Positions 6,938 through 14,237 of a DNA stretch of 35,534 nt are shown in pieces. The stretch is from a virus. The notes under the pieces are model-generated. The model was not told where the DNA came from and did no database searches. It saw only the letters and a list, made by a program, of their open reading frames with translations. Position numbers and translations under genes: made by a program. The stretch covers positions 1 through 35,534 of IMG/VR virus record IMGVR_UViG_3300025536_000008; one strand, 5' to 3'. The number at the start of each line of letters is the position of its first letter. The first letter of the stretch is position 1.

Positions 6938-6966
6938 AATCTAGTATATCCTATACGTTATTGCAA
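6938..6966 (-). promoter_or_regulatory. Candidate sigma70-like promoter for the 6886-to-5090 minus-strand cassette.
   Basis: Minus strand reads TTGCAA, 17 nt, TAGATT, about 50 nt upstream of ATG 6886. The host is unknown, so this is weak. Confidence 0.3.
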
Positions 6967-7554
6967 GCCAAAAAACCGAAATTTTTAGGGTAGACCTGGA
7001 GGATAGAAATAGGTATAAACATGACTGGACTCAAATCCATAGCTGCCTCAATTTGCAGTATTTCCTGTTCCTGGGTCTATCTGGACGGTTTAAGAGGATC
7101 AAAAGGTTCGTTAGGCAATTAGACTTCGAGAGCTAATCAGAGCGGCTTGTACCCGCTTTTACCTTGCTAGAAATAGTATTGCTTTTGATTTAAGTTGGAA
7201 CTGTTGGTAGTGTTTCCCTTCAAGGAAGCAGATGAACAGGTGACAATGATAATTAGTCGTCAAAATCTACCGATATAGACGAAACGGCATTGTGATGAAC
7301 AATGTAACGAGGAAATTATCGAGATTATAAGGGCGTTTTGTAAGAGCCTAACTATGAATCAACCTCTTACTCTTGGGTCTTATAATCATTCATGTCTAGA
7401 CACATGAATCTGCTAATCTCTTTCATTTAGCTTTAATTCAATTTATTGAGTTTAGTAAGTGTTTTTGGTTGGGAGGAAAGCGCAGCTTTTGGAATAGAGA
7501 CTCCAATAAAACCTATTTATTGCTATTTTCATAGCCATCATCGGAGAAACTAAA

Positions 7555-7989
7555 ATGACTGATTTTGGACTTGGTGACAAAATTGTTCTCGAAGAAGAAC
7601 TGACATCTACACTGAGACATCATGGTCTTATTGATCCCAAGACAACTTATTCCCGCCTGAACAAACAACATTGGGGCGTCAGACCTCAAATGATGCCCAT
7701 CTTCAATCCTGAACTAGACCTCGTGATTGATACGCCACTCGAAAAACTGAAATTCAAGGACTTCATGGTGTTGAAAGTGGGCGGATTTGACCAGTTCAGT
7801 AACTTGAAATATGATGAATTGGTAAAAAGGGCTTCGGCAGCCAATCTACATTCCATTTTAGAAGCTCTCACAAGCCGCAAGGCGGCTGCTACAGCCCTCA
7901 GATGGACTCTGAGAGGCTTAGACGCCCCCAAAGCCATACGGAAGGTCCAGGTCGATTTGGAAGTGTCGAAGAATTGTTATCCCAAATGA
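7555..7989 (+). CDS. Hypothetical protein (144 aa).
   Basis: GGAGAAA lies 8 nt upstream of the ATG. It is a plus-strand gene inside the accessory island. No motif recognised. Confidence 0.6.
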   Translation: MTDFGLGDKIVLEEELTSTLRHHGLIDPKTTYSRLNKQHWGVRPQMMPIFNPELDLVIDTPLEKLKFKDFMVLKVGGFDQFSNLKYDELVKRASAANLHSILEALTSRKAAATALRWTLRGLDAPKAIRKVQVDLEVSKNCYPK

Positions 7990-8094
7990 AGATGAAAAAG
8001 ACTGAAAGAAAACTATTGAGAGCGGCGTCCAAGGTTGTCGGCATCAACGTACCAGGAAGCTCACCCTGAATTGTGGGTGGACGCCTAACAAATC

Positions 8095-9099
8095 TTACCC
8101 TTGTCCGGGGAGAGCCATTAGCCCTAAAAAGCTAATGGCTCTTTTTTTTTTGAATCCCTCCTCAATCCTGGCAACCGCAGCCTGCTTTCTCTCCCAAATT
8201 TCCAACTCCTTGCCACTCAACTTAGGTGCCACCCAAACTGCCCTCTTAACGTATGGAAGTCGATCCTCGGCCATAAACGCCTCCAAGGCACTCAGAAGGC
8301 CAATAGACAGCGTTTCATAAGTCAATGACCTATATTGGTTGCCAAACACTCTCGTGGCTTCTATGCCCACTTCTGGAGCGTCTGTGGGCATCCAATGTGT
8401 CATGTGGTCAAACGGCTCAATACAACGAACTGGATGATGTTTTAGCCATATTCCCCAGGTAGGCGTTGAGAATGCCCCAGCGACATGCAATGGCCCTGAG
8501 TCAACAAAAATACACAGACTTGCCGATTCAATCATTGCGCCTAAATGGTCTACAGTAGACGCTGGCGTTTTATCGAGATTGACACAGATGTATTTGTCAG
8601 AAGCATTGATGAATTCCTCAATCCTCGTGAGGATTTTATCATCTAGATTCTTGGCCCACGTTTTGGAAACGCCTTTCCCGTGTAGCAGAATTACCTTCTT
8701 CCCAAGTTCATCTCGTTGCTTAAAAACTGCGTTTTTAATCTCTGGATCGAGAATGCAGTTATAGCTGTAAAGTTCTGCCTTTGGCTCAAGCCCAAGATCA
8801 TCAACTATACAATGCGTAGTTTTTGTTTGAGGTAGGTTTTGATATTCCCGATCAGCCATTGGGAAATTGATATAGAGCGACTCTTCCCAATTCCAAACAT
8901 CAAAAGGTGAACATAATTGTTTATATGTTGCTAAACCACGAAGAATTGCTTCTCGGCCAGGAAGAGTTTCAACTGCAAATTGCATTTCTGGAATATAATG
9001 CTTGAGATGTTTAAGCACGATAGAAAATTGCATAAAATCACCCAAACCATGTTTCATGCGTATTAACCACCAACCAGGGAATCTAAGCGTTTTTGGCAT
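8095..9099 (-). CDS. GT9-family (heptosyltransferase-like, GT-B fold) glycosyltransferase.
   Basis: N-terminal WLIRMKHGLGDFMQFSIVLKHLKHYIPEMQF and C-terminal FVDSGPLHVAGAFSTPTWGIW match the GT9 signature (lGD...; DSGpmHlAaAlGtP). Confidence 0.7.
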   Translation of the reverse strand: MPKTLRFPGWWLIRMKHGLGDFMQFSIVLKHLKHYIPEMQFAVETLPGREAILRGLATYKQLCSPFDVWNWEESLYINFPMADREYQNLPQTKTTHCIVDDLGLEPKAELYSYNCILDPEIKNAVFKQRDELGKKVILLHGKGVSKTWAKNLDDKILTRIEEFINASDKYICVNLDKTPASTVDHLGAMIESASLCIFVDSGPLHVAGAFSTPTWGIWLKHHPVRCIEPFDHMTHWMPTDAPEVGIEATRVFGNQYRSLTYETLSIGLLSALEAFMAEDRLPYVKRAVWVAPKLSGKELEIWERKQAAVARIEEGFKKKRAISFLGLMALPGQG

Positions 9100-9111
9100 G
9101 TCCTATAATAG

Positions 9112-9148
9112 AAAAAGCCTCGTGTGATTTTCATCACACGAGGCTTTT
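9112..9148. terminator. Bidirectional intrinsic terminator immediately after the capsid gene.
   Basis: aaaaagcctcgtgtgattttcatcacacgaggctttt: a 12-bp stem, a 4-nt loop, an A run upstream and a T run downstream. Confidence 0.75.
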
Positions 9149-9203
9149 AGTAAGACTATTTCACATCTGGTGAGGCTTTTAGTAAGACTATTTCACATCT
9201 GGT
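9140..9203. repeat. Perfect 32-bp tandem duplication (9140..9171 = 9172..9203).
   Basis: gaggcttttagtaagactatttcacatctggt occurs twice. Copy 1 contains the 3' half of the terminator stem. Copy 2 overlaps the MCP stop codon (9203..9205) by one base at 9203. Confidence 0.95.
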
Positions 9204-10399
9204 TAGCTGGACTGGTCGTCTAGAACCACAAATGGGCTTACGGTAGAAGTACCGTCTGCCAAAGTTACTGGATCGCTGAGCAAGCTCATGCCAGCAAATC
9301 GGGCAACGCCTCTGTAGACCACGCAGTCCTTCTTGAAGCTCACATGAGGAGAAGCCTCAATCGTAATGCTGCGGTTCACACCAAGAGCATAAGCCCCAAG
9401 GTCAAGCAGCAACACGTCACCTTCGGCACCAATGCCAGCAGTGTACTCGGACACTAGAACTGGATAGCCTAGCAAGTACATCTGTAGACCGTTGGCAGCA
9501 TTGGCGTTTTGAAGCCAAATGGCCTGACCCAAAGAAGACTCAAAGCCAAGCAATGAGGCCAAGTGGTATGGATGAATGACCCATGCGGCACCAGCACCAT
9601 TATTCAAACGCTTGTGAGCCGCAATCATGTTGCGGGCATCATGGAATTTGAACTGATTGCTTGTGTCACGCTGAACAGTAATGGTGGCACCATTGCCAAT
9701 AATTCCATCGCTGTTTGCGCCGTTGCCGTTCAGAATAACGTAATCCATATAGGAACTTAGGGTCTGACGGAAACCATCTACAATAACCGACTCAAGACCG
9801 ACATTGTTGTTTTGCAGAAGTTCATTGGAAACTTCGACGAAACCCATTGCCTTGTCAGCCTGGAGTTTGACTTGCTTAAAGGTAAGATTGGTGCTGTCAG
9901 TCGGCTCGGCTGCCTCGTTCACAATTCCGACAAGCAGGCCGCCATTGAAGGCAGATTCTCCACCGCCACCAGGAGTGGCGGTCTGGTCAAGAACTGGAAT
10001 ATAGGTCACATCAGTCGGCATTGCAATCTGACGGGCACGGCTATTAAGAGATTCATAGCCATCGAGCTTGAAAAGCTCATTGCTCCAAATCTCAGGCACA
10101 GTAAAACCACCGACGCCATCAGTGCTTTGCACCATGTCGGTCGTGGTTTTGAAATCATACTTGTTAGAAAGCATGTTGAAAGCCTTCTCACGAGTAGAAT
10201 TACGAGCAGTCTTGCCCACCAAGGCAAGCCATTCACCAAAGGTTCGGTCGTCGGCTGCCTTTGCTACCGCAGGCAGTCCCTTGCGAGAAAACTGAGTCTT
10301 CATCTCGGCCACAAGCTCCGATTTAAGTTCGGTCTTCAAATTTGACTTGATTTCTTCATACAAGTCTTGCTCGCTAGGAGCATTTACATTTTCAGACAT
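9203..10399 (-). CDS. Major capsid protein, HK97 fold, with an N-terminal delta/scaffold-like coiled coil.
   Basis: It follows the prohead protease. N-terminal SEQDLYEEIKSNLKTELKSELVAEMKTQF, then GGFTVPEIWSNELFKL and a long beta-rich body typical of HK97-type MCPs. No separate scaffold gene is present. Confidence 0.85.
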   Translation of the reverse strand: MSENVNAPSEQDLYEEIKSNLKTELKSELVAEMKTQFSRKGLPAVAKAADDRTFGEWLALVGKTARNSTREKAFNMLSNKYDFKTTTDMVQSTDGVGGFTVPEIWSNELFKLDGYESLNSRARQIAMPTDVTYIPVLDQTATPGGGGESAFNGGLLVGIVNEAAEPTDSTNLTFKQVKLQADKAMGFVEVSNELLQNNNVGLESVIVDGFRQTLSSYMDYVILNGNGANSDGIIGNGATITVQRDTSNQFKFHDARNMIAAHKRLNNGAGAAWVIHPYHLASLLGFESSLGQAIWLQNANAANGLQMYLLGYPVLVSEYTAGIGAEGDVLLLDLGAYALGVNRSITIEASPHVSFKKDCVVYRGVARFAGMSLLSDPVTLADGTSTVSPFVVLDDQSS

Positions 10400-10532
10400 T
10401 TTGTTTTTACCTTGAAAAAGAGTTAGAATCACTCTTCTGCCGACTTTTCAGATGTGTGAATCTCCAGCTTTTCGCCTGATCCCTCACTCGTCGTTTGTCT
10501 TTGAAGCTGAAAGATATGTAGACATGAACAAT

Positions 10533-10565
10533 AAAAAAAGCCACAAGATTTTTCTTGTGGCTTTT
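10533..10565 (-). terminator. Intrinsic terminator between the protease and capsid genes.
   Basis: Minus strand reads aaaagccacaagaaaaatcttgtggcttttttt: an 8-bp stem followed by seven T. Confidence 0.7.
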
Positions 10566-10690
10566 GGCCTGTGCGAAGGTAGACTAAGCTATTGCTATGT
10601 TATCAGTGACGTTGCACCGCACGCCATGTGACTACCTCGGGTTTGTTTTTATTGCTGGGCATCCTTGCCCTTTACGGCAGCCTCATGCTG

Positions 10691-11464
10691 CTATTTCTTC
10701 AAAATCTTTCTTAGAATATCACTCTTGCTGACCTGCACAACTTTCGGCGTCATTCCGCACTCTTCCGCTGTCCATGACCAAAAGGATTCATCTTCTGGCT
10801 CCTCTAAACCAAGCGTCTGATAGATGTCAGGACCAAAAATCCCCTTACTCACACTCTCTACCAAGGCTGTTGGATTGCTCTGGACAGTGCATAGAGAGAT
10901 TTCTAAAAGGGTCGATTCACGTATTACTCTCCTCACGGAGGCAAGTTCTGGGCGCAAAGTAATCTCTTTCTCAGTTGGCGGCCCTTGTTTCGTGGTAATA
11001 AAACCAATAGAAACGCCTCGAATGACTTTCTGTTGAGTCAAAGCAAAAATCTCCGCAGGGAACCAATTCCCTTGCCAATCGGCAGGCTGCTTAGCAAATT
11101 GAACTAAGGCTTTGAGGGCGTTCCCATCTAGCTTGTTCCACAAGGCTCGCCCTATTGGGGGACGAGAATAATCGTGTGCCCAGGCAATGACAGGGTTTTT
11201 ATTGAATTGACCCCTTTTGATCCCATCTACCAGGACGACTTCTCCATCTCGATCAATGTCAGTGGTTGAAGCGGTCAGTAATGCCTGCATTGGATCAAGG
11301 CCATCTTTGACCTCGATTTCATCAGAGAAAAACTTTCGCTCGAATGTCGCCTCCGGGTCTTTTAGGAGTTCTTCAATTTCCTCAGCAGCTTCCTTGCTGC
11401 GGACAGGAATATCCAGCACCGAAGTGCAGAAACCTTTTTTCTCGTACCAATTGTGGATCGTCAT
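10691..11464 (-). CDS. Prohead maturation protease, HK97 (S78) family.
   Basis: Motifs DRDGEVVLVDGI, NPVIAWAHDYSRPPIGRAL, VRGVSIGF and LLEISLCTVQSNPTALV. Positioned between portal and MCP. Confidence 0.8.
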   Translation of the reverse strand: MTIHNWYEKKGFCTSVLDIPVRSKEAAEEIEELLKDPEATFERKFFSDEIEVKDGLDPMQALLTASTTDIDRDGEVVLVDGIKRGQFNKNPVIAWAHDYSRPPIGRALWNKLDGNALKALVQFAKQPADWQGNWFPAEIFALTQQKVIRGVSIGFITTKQGPPTEKEITLRPELASVRRVIRESTLLEISLCTVQSNPTALVESVSKGIFGPDIYQTLGLEEPEDESFWSWTAEECGMTPKVVQVSKSDILRKILKK

Positions 11465-11478
11465 ATTACCTCGCTGTA

Positions 11479-11745
11479 TTATCTAGTCAGTTTTACGACA
11501 ATCTCACGCAGGCGTTGTTCCATTGCAACCACCATTTCCTTGCTAAATGGCACATCGTCCGCATCGGCAGAGGCGTCTTGTAGAGTATTTCGGAAGCAAA
11601 TAGCCATGTCTGCGAGATGAAGTGTGTCGTCCAAATTAAGTTCTTGATAATTTGGAACAGGCATAATCTCCAAAATGATTGGATTCCATTCTCTATGCTG
11701 TAAATCAGATGCTATGTTTGCCACGTCCAACCAGTAATTGCTCAT
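11479..11745 (-). CDS. Hypothetical acidic protein (88 aa).
   Basis: Tightly packed ORF. No motif. Confidence 0.55.
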   Translation of the reverse strand: MSNYWLDVANIASDLQHREWNPIILEIMPVPNYQELNLDDTLHLADMAICFRNTLQDASADADDVPFSKEMVVAMEQRLREIVVKLTR

Positions 11746-11755
11746 AAATACCTTT

Positions 11756-12139
11756 CTACATGGGAGCTTCTAGAATAGCTCTAACTTGATTCAATGTTTG
11801 TTGTGCCGCAGGAGTTAGGAATTGTCTATTCAAACCCAACGGGTTTTCTAGATATTTAGCATAGTAAACATTGGTCCCTATGCGGCCAACAATATCATTT
11901 CCCTCTTGAGAAACTTGGGTCGCAATAGATCGCCTTAGCTGTCCAGTATCTAATCTAGGTGGTTCTCCTGGCAAACTACGAATCTTCTTTTTGCCACCCT
12001 TGGGGCCGATTGTAACTCCAACCTTCGTCGAGATCAGACTCACAACCTTGTTGCGAACGATCCTAACGACCTTTTCCATGCGATGACGCAATTCGGCTTC
12101 AATCAATTCAATTGGTTGATTGTGAAAATTTGTTGTCAT
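11756..12139 (-). CDS. HK97 gp10-like head-tail joining protein, in an unusual position.
   Basis: Signature SLPGEPPRLDTGQLRRSI ... GTNVYYAKYLENP ... RQFL. ATG 12139 overlaps the portal stop (ATGA). Confidence 0.7.
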   Translation of the reverse strand: MTTNFHNQPIELIEAELRHRMEKVVRIVRNKVVSLISTKVGVTIGPKGGKKKIRSLPGEPPRLDTGQLRRSIATQVSQEGNDIVGRIGTNVYYAKYLENPLGLNRQFLTPAAQQTLNQVRAILEAPM

Positions 12140-14052
12140 ACAATTTCTCTCAACACACAATAGCACCCAGGATGAAGTGGTGGCAATTCATCATCTAGAC
12201 TCAATTCTGTCCCATCCAAAGGCTCACACAGAGGGCACGGAGCGTCGGTGCAAGTCCAAATAAATCCTTTAACCACGTCGCTCTCTATGGCACTCATTCT
12301 AAGTCCCTCATTGAATGCACGGGAACTCTCCGTCTTGGCAATCAATTCTGCCCGATAGGTACTAGCATTCTCAAAAATATCCTTAATCCTAGCAGTCAGT
12401 TCCCGAATGCCTGCCCCCTGCTCTAAGCCACTGGCAATCGCTTCACGAGTCAAGGCCAATGCCTCATCGACAGACTTTACAGTCGTGTCAAGAGTGGATT
12501 GAGACAGTCGCAAGGCATGTTCGGCTGCAAAAATGGCGGCATGGTCATTGAAAACATTCACTACATCGGGGTTAGCTCCAACCCGCACCAAAAGTTTTTG
12601 TCCGCTATTCTTGACAATGGCCTCTACCATTGGCTGCACGTCGTCTGCCAAGTCTTTAGGCCAATTTTTCATTGGTTTGAACTTGGTTGGAATGGTTTTT
12701 ATTTCAAGTTTGTCGAAGGTTTTTTCGATACTGTTGATTACGCTGTCTTTCCAAATGCCAAAATGTTTGGCACATATCTCCTGAATCTTTTTCTTTTGTG
12801 GAATGTAAGGAGCTTTCGGATACTTTTTGATCTCTTTTATCTCAGGCACGATTGAATTTTGCTCGACCTGAATATCACCCAAAGGCTCGTATCCAATTTG
12901 CGCCCGTGCCTCATCTACGGTCAGGATATTCGCACCTACAGCTTGAACCAAGTATGCCATCTGTTCTGCTTCCATCTCTGGAGATGGATCGTCAAAACAA
13001 AAGAACATATTCTCTGTGTCTTCAAATAAACTCAAGAACTGAGTGTTCAGAAAGTCCTGAATATCGAGCAGGCGAGGCATAATGGCACCGTCTACCCATT
13101 CCTTGAGAGCCACCTTATAGCTTGCCAAAGAAGTATTTTCTGCTCCTCGAAGAATCATCAAGGGCATAGAGAAGGCTTGAGCTATGTTCTCTTCTGCTCG
13201 TTCACTGATCTCAATGGCACCCAAATCAGCAGGCTTCCAGTTCATTATTGTGGCAGCCATGTCCTGGTCGGTGTACATGATGTCTTCGCCAGATAAGAAA
13301 GCACGCCATCTCCTTTTAAGTCTTTCAACTTCATCCTCGCCAACATCAGCGAACTCGCCCCTTGGGGAGAGCATCACAGCAGGACGAGGTTTCATTGCGG
13401 CGATGAGAGTCGCAAAAATCTTGTCCTGCAAAAGCAAGTTCTGGAAGCAAGACATTGCGGGACTTGTCCCTGGATAACTGTTATAGGGGTAAATCAGATT
13501 CTCAGTAGCCAGCACGAGCATCTGATTATCCCCGGCCTCTTGACCAAGAGGATAGATTTTGTCTGTGCCATATTCCCAATGAAGAATTAACCCATTGATT
13601 CCTCTGCGTGGCGTCACAACATTCGGTGGCAACACATAGAAATCGGCATTGTCTCGATGATTGATATAGGCAATTCCGCTCATATCCAAGTAAAGCTGGA
13701 CATAACTAATCAAAGCCCTGCCGGTCATGTAAGGATTAGGTTTTTTAAGAGCGGTCAATGAGTCGTGCGAAGTGACTTCTTCCACATTCTCATTACCGCT
13801 GACCATATACTTCTGTCGCATCTGTTGGACATATTTCTTCTTGTTTGGAGTCAAAGATTTGGTCTGATCTCCCGAGGTTGTGCGATAGAGTCTCAAAGTG
13901 GCGGAACTTACTTTGTCGGCGGTTTTTTTGGCACAAGAATAAATGGTACTTTTATACGAGGATAAAAGTGCATTGATATTCATGCCTGCACAGTTCTGTC
14001 CACCGCCAAAAGAAGTTTCCACATTCAATGATTTTTTCTTGTATTTTGTCAT
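12136..14052 (-). CDS. Portal protein fused to a Mu F / SPP1 gp7-like minor head protein domain.
   Basis: The N-terminal ~400 aa is portal-like (LKKPNPYMTGRALISYVQLYLDMSGIAYI). The C-terminus has the MuF signature TESSRAFNEG...CPLCEPLDGTELSLDDELPPLHPGCYCVL. ATG 14052 overlaps the upstream stop (TAATG). Confidence 0.8.
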   Translation of the reverse strand: MTKYKKKSLNVETSFGGGQNCAGMNINALLSSYKSTIYSCAKKTADKVSSATLRLYRTTSGDQTKSLTPNKKKYVQQMRQKYMVSGNENVEEVTSHDSLTALKKPNPYMTGRALISYVQLYLDMSGIAYINHRDNADFYVLPPNVVTPRRGINGLILHWEYGTDKIYPLGQEAGDNQMLVLATENLIYPYNSYPGTSPAMSCFQNLLLQDKIFATLIAAMKPRPAVMLSPRGEFADVGEDEVERLKRRWRAFLSGEDIMYTDQDMAATIMNWKPADLGAIEISERAEENIAQAFSMPLMILRGAENTSLASYKVALKEWVDGAIMPRLLDIQDFLNTQFLSLFEDTENMFFCFDDPSPEMEAEQMAYLVQAVGANILTVDEARAQIGYEPLGDIQVEQNSIVPEIKEIKKYPKAPYIPQKKKIQEICAKHFGIWKDSVINSIEKTFDKLEIKTIPTKFKPMKNWPKDLADDVQPMVEAIVKNSGQKLLVRVGANPDVVNVFNDHAAIFAAEHALRLSQSTLDTTVKSVDEALALTREAIASGLEQGAGIRELTARIKDIFENASTYRAELIAKTESSRAFNEGLRMSAIESDVVKGFIWTCTDAPCPLCEPLDGTELSLDDELPPLHPGCYCVLREIV

Positions 14053-14237
14053 TACCAAATCCTTAAATGTCCCACAACCTCGAAGAGAGCGTCATTATTG
14101 ACATTACACCAACTATCAGCTTTTTGTTTCTTATCTATTGGTTTCGGCTGGGCTTTTGGCTTTTTCCCACGTTTCTTGGTCTTGGGTTCAGGAGGCTGTC
14201 CCTTCTTCCACAATCTATCAAATATCTCCGTCATCAT
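14052..14237 (-). CDS. Small basic protein (61 aa).
   Basis: Lys/Pro-rich ORF bridging TerL and the portal. It overlaps both neighbours. Confidence 0.4.
   Translation of the reverse strand: MMTEIFDRLWKKGQPPEPKTKKRGKKPKAQPKPIDKKQKADSWCNVNNDALFEVVGHLRIW

Noticed and set aside
6960-7554. tRNA or other structured RNA gene in the 600-bp gap upstream of 7555.
   Set aside because: Only short, unremarkable hairpins were found (e.g. 7140..7161, 7390..7408), and no cloverleaf or T-loop consensus was found by eye. tRNAscan/Infernal would be needed, so nothing is claimed.
9812-10345. 177-aa plus-strand ORF, and other plus-strand ORFs at 9563..9760, 9804..10004 and 10068..10295.
   Set aside because: They are entirely antisense to the well-supported major capsid gene. 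There are no motifs or start signals. These are typical shadow ORFs.
12499-13477. Plus-strand ORFs inside the portal gene (12499..12855, 12533..12784, 12852..13082, 13184..13477).
   Set aside because: Antisense shadows of a strongly supported CDS.
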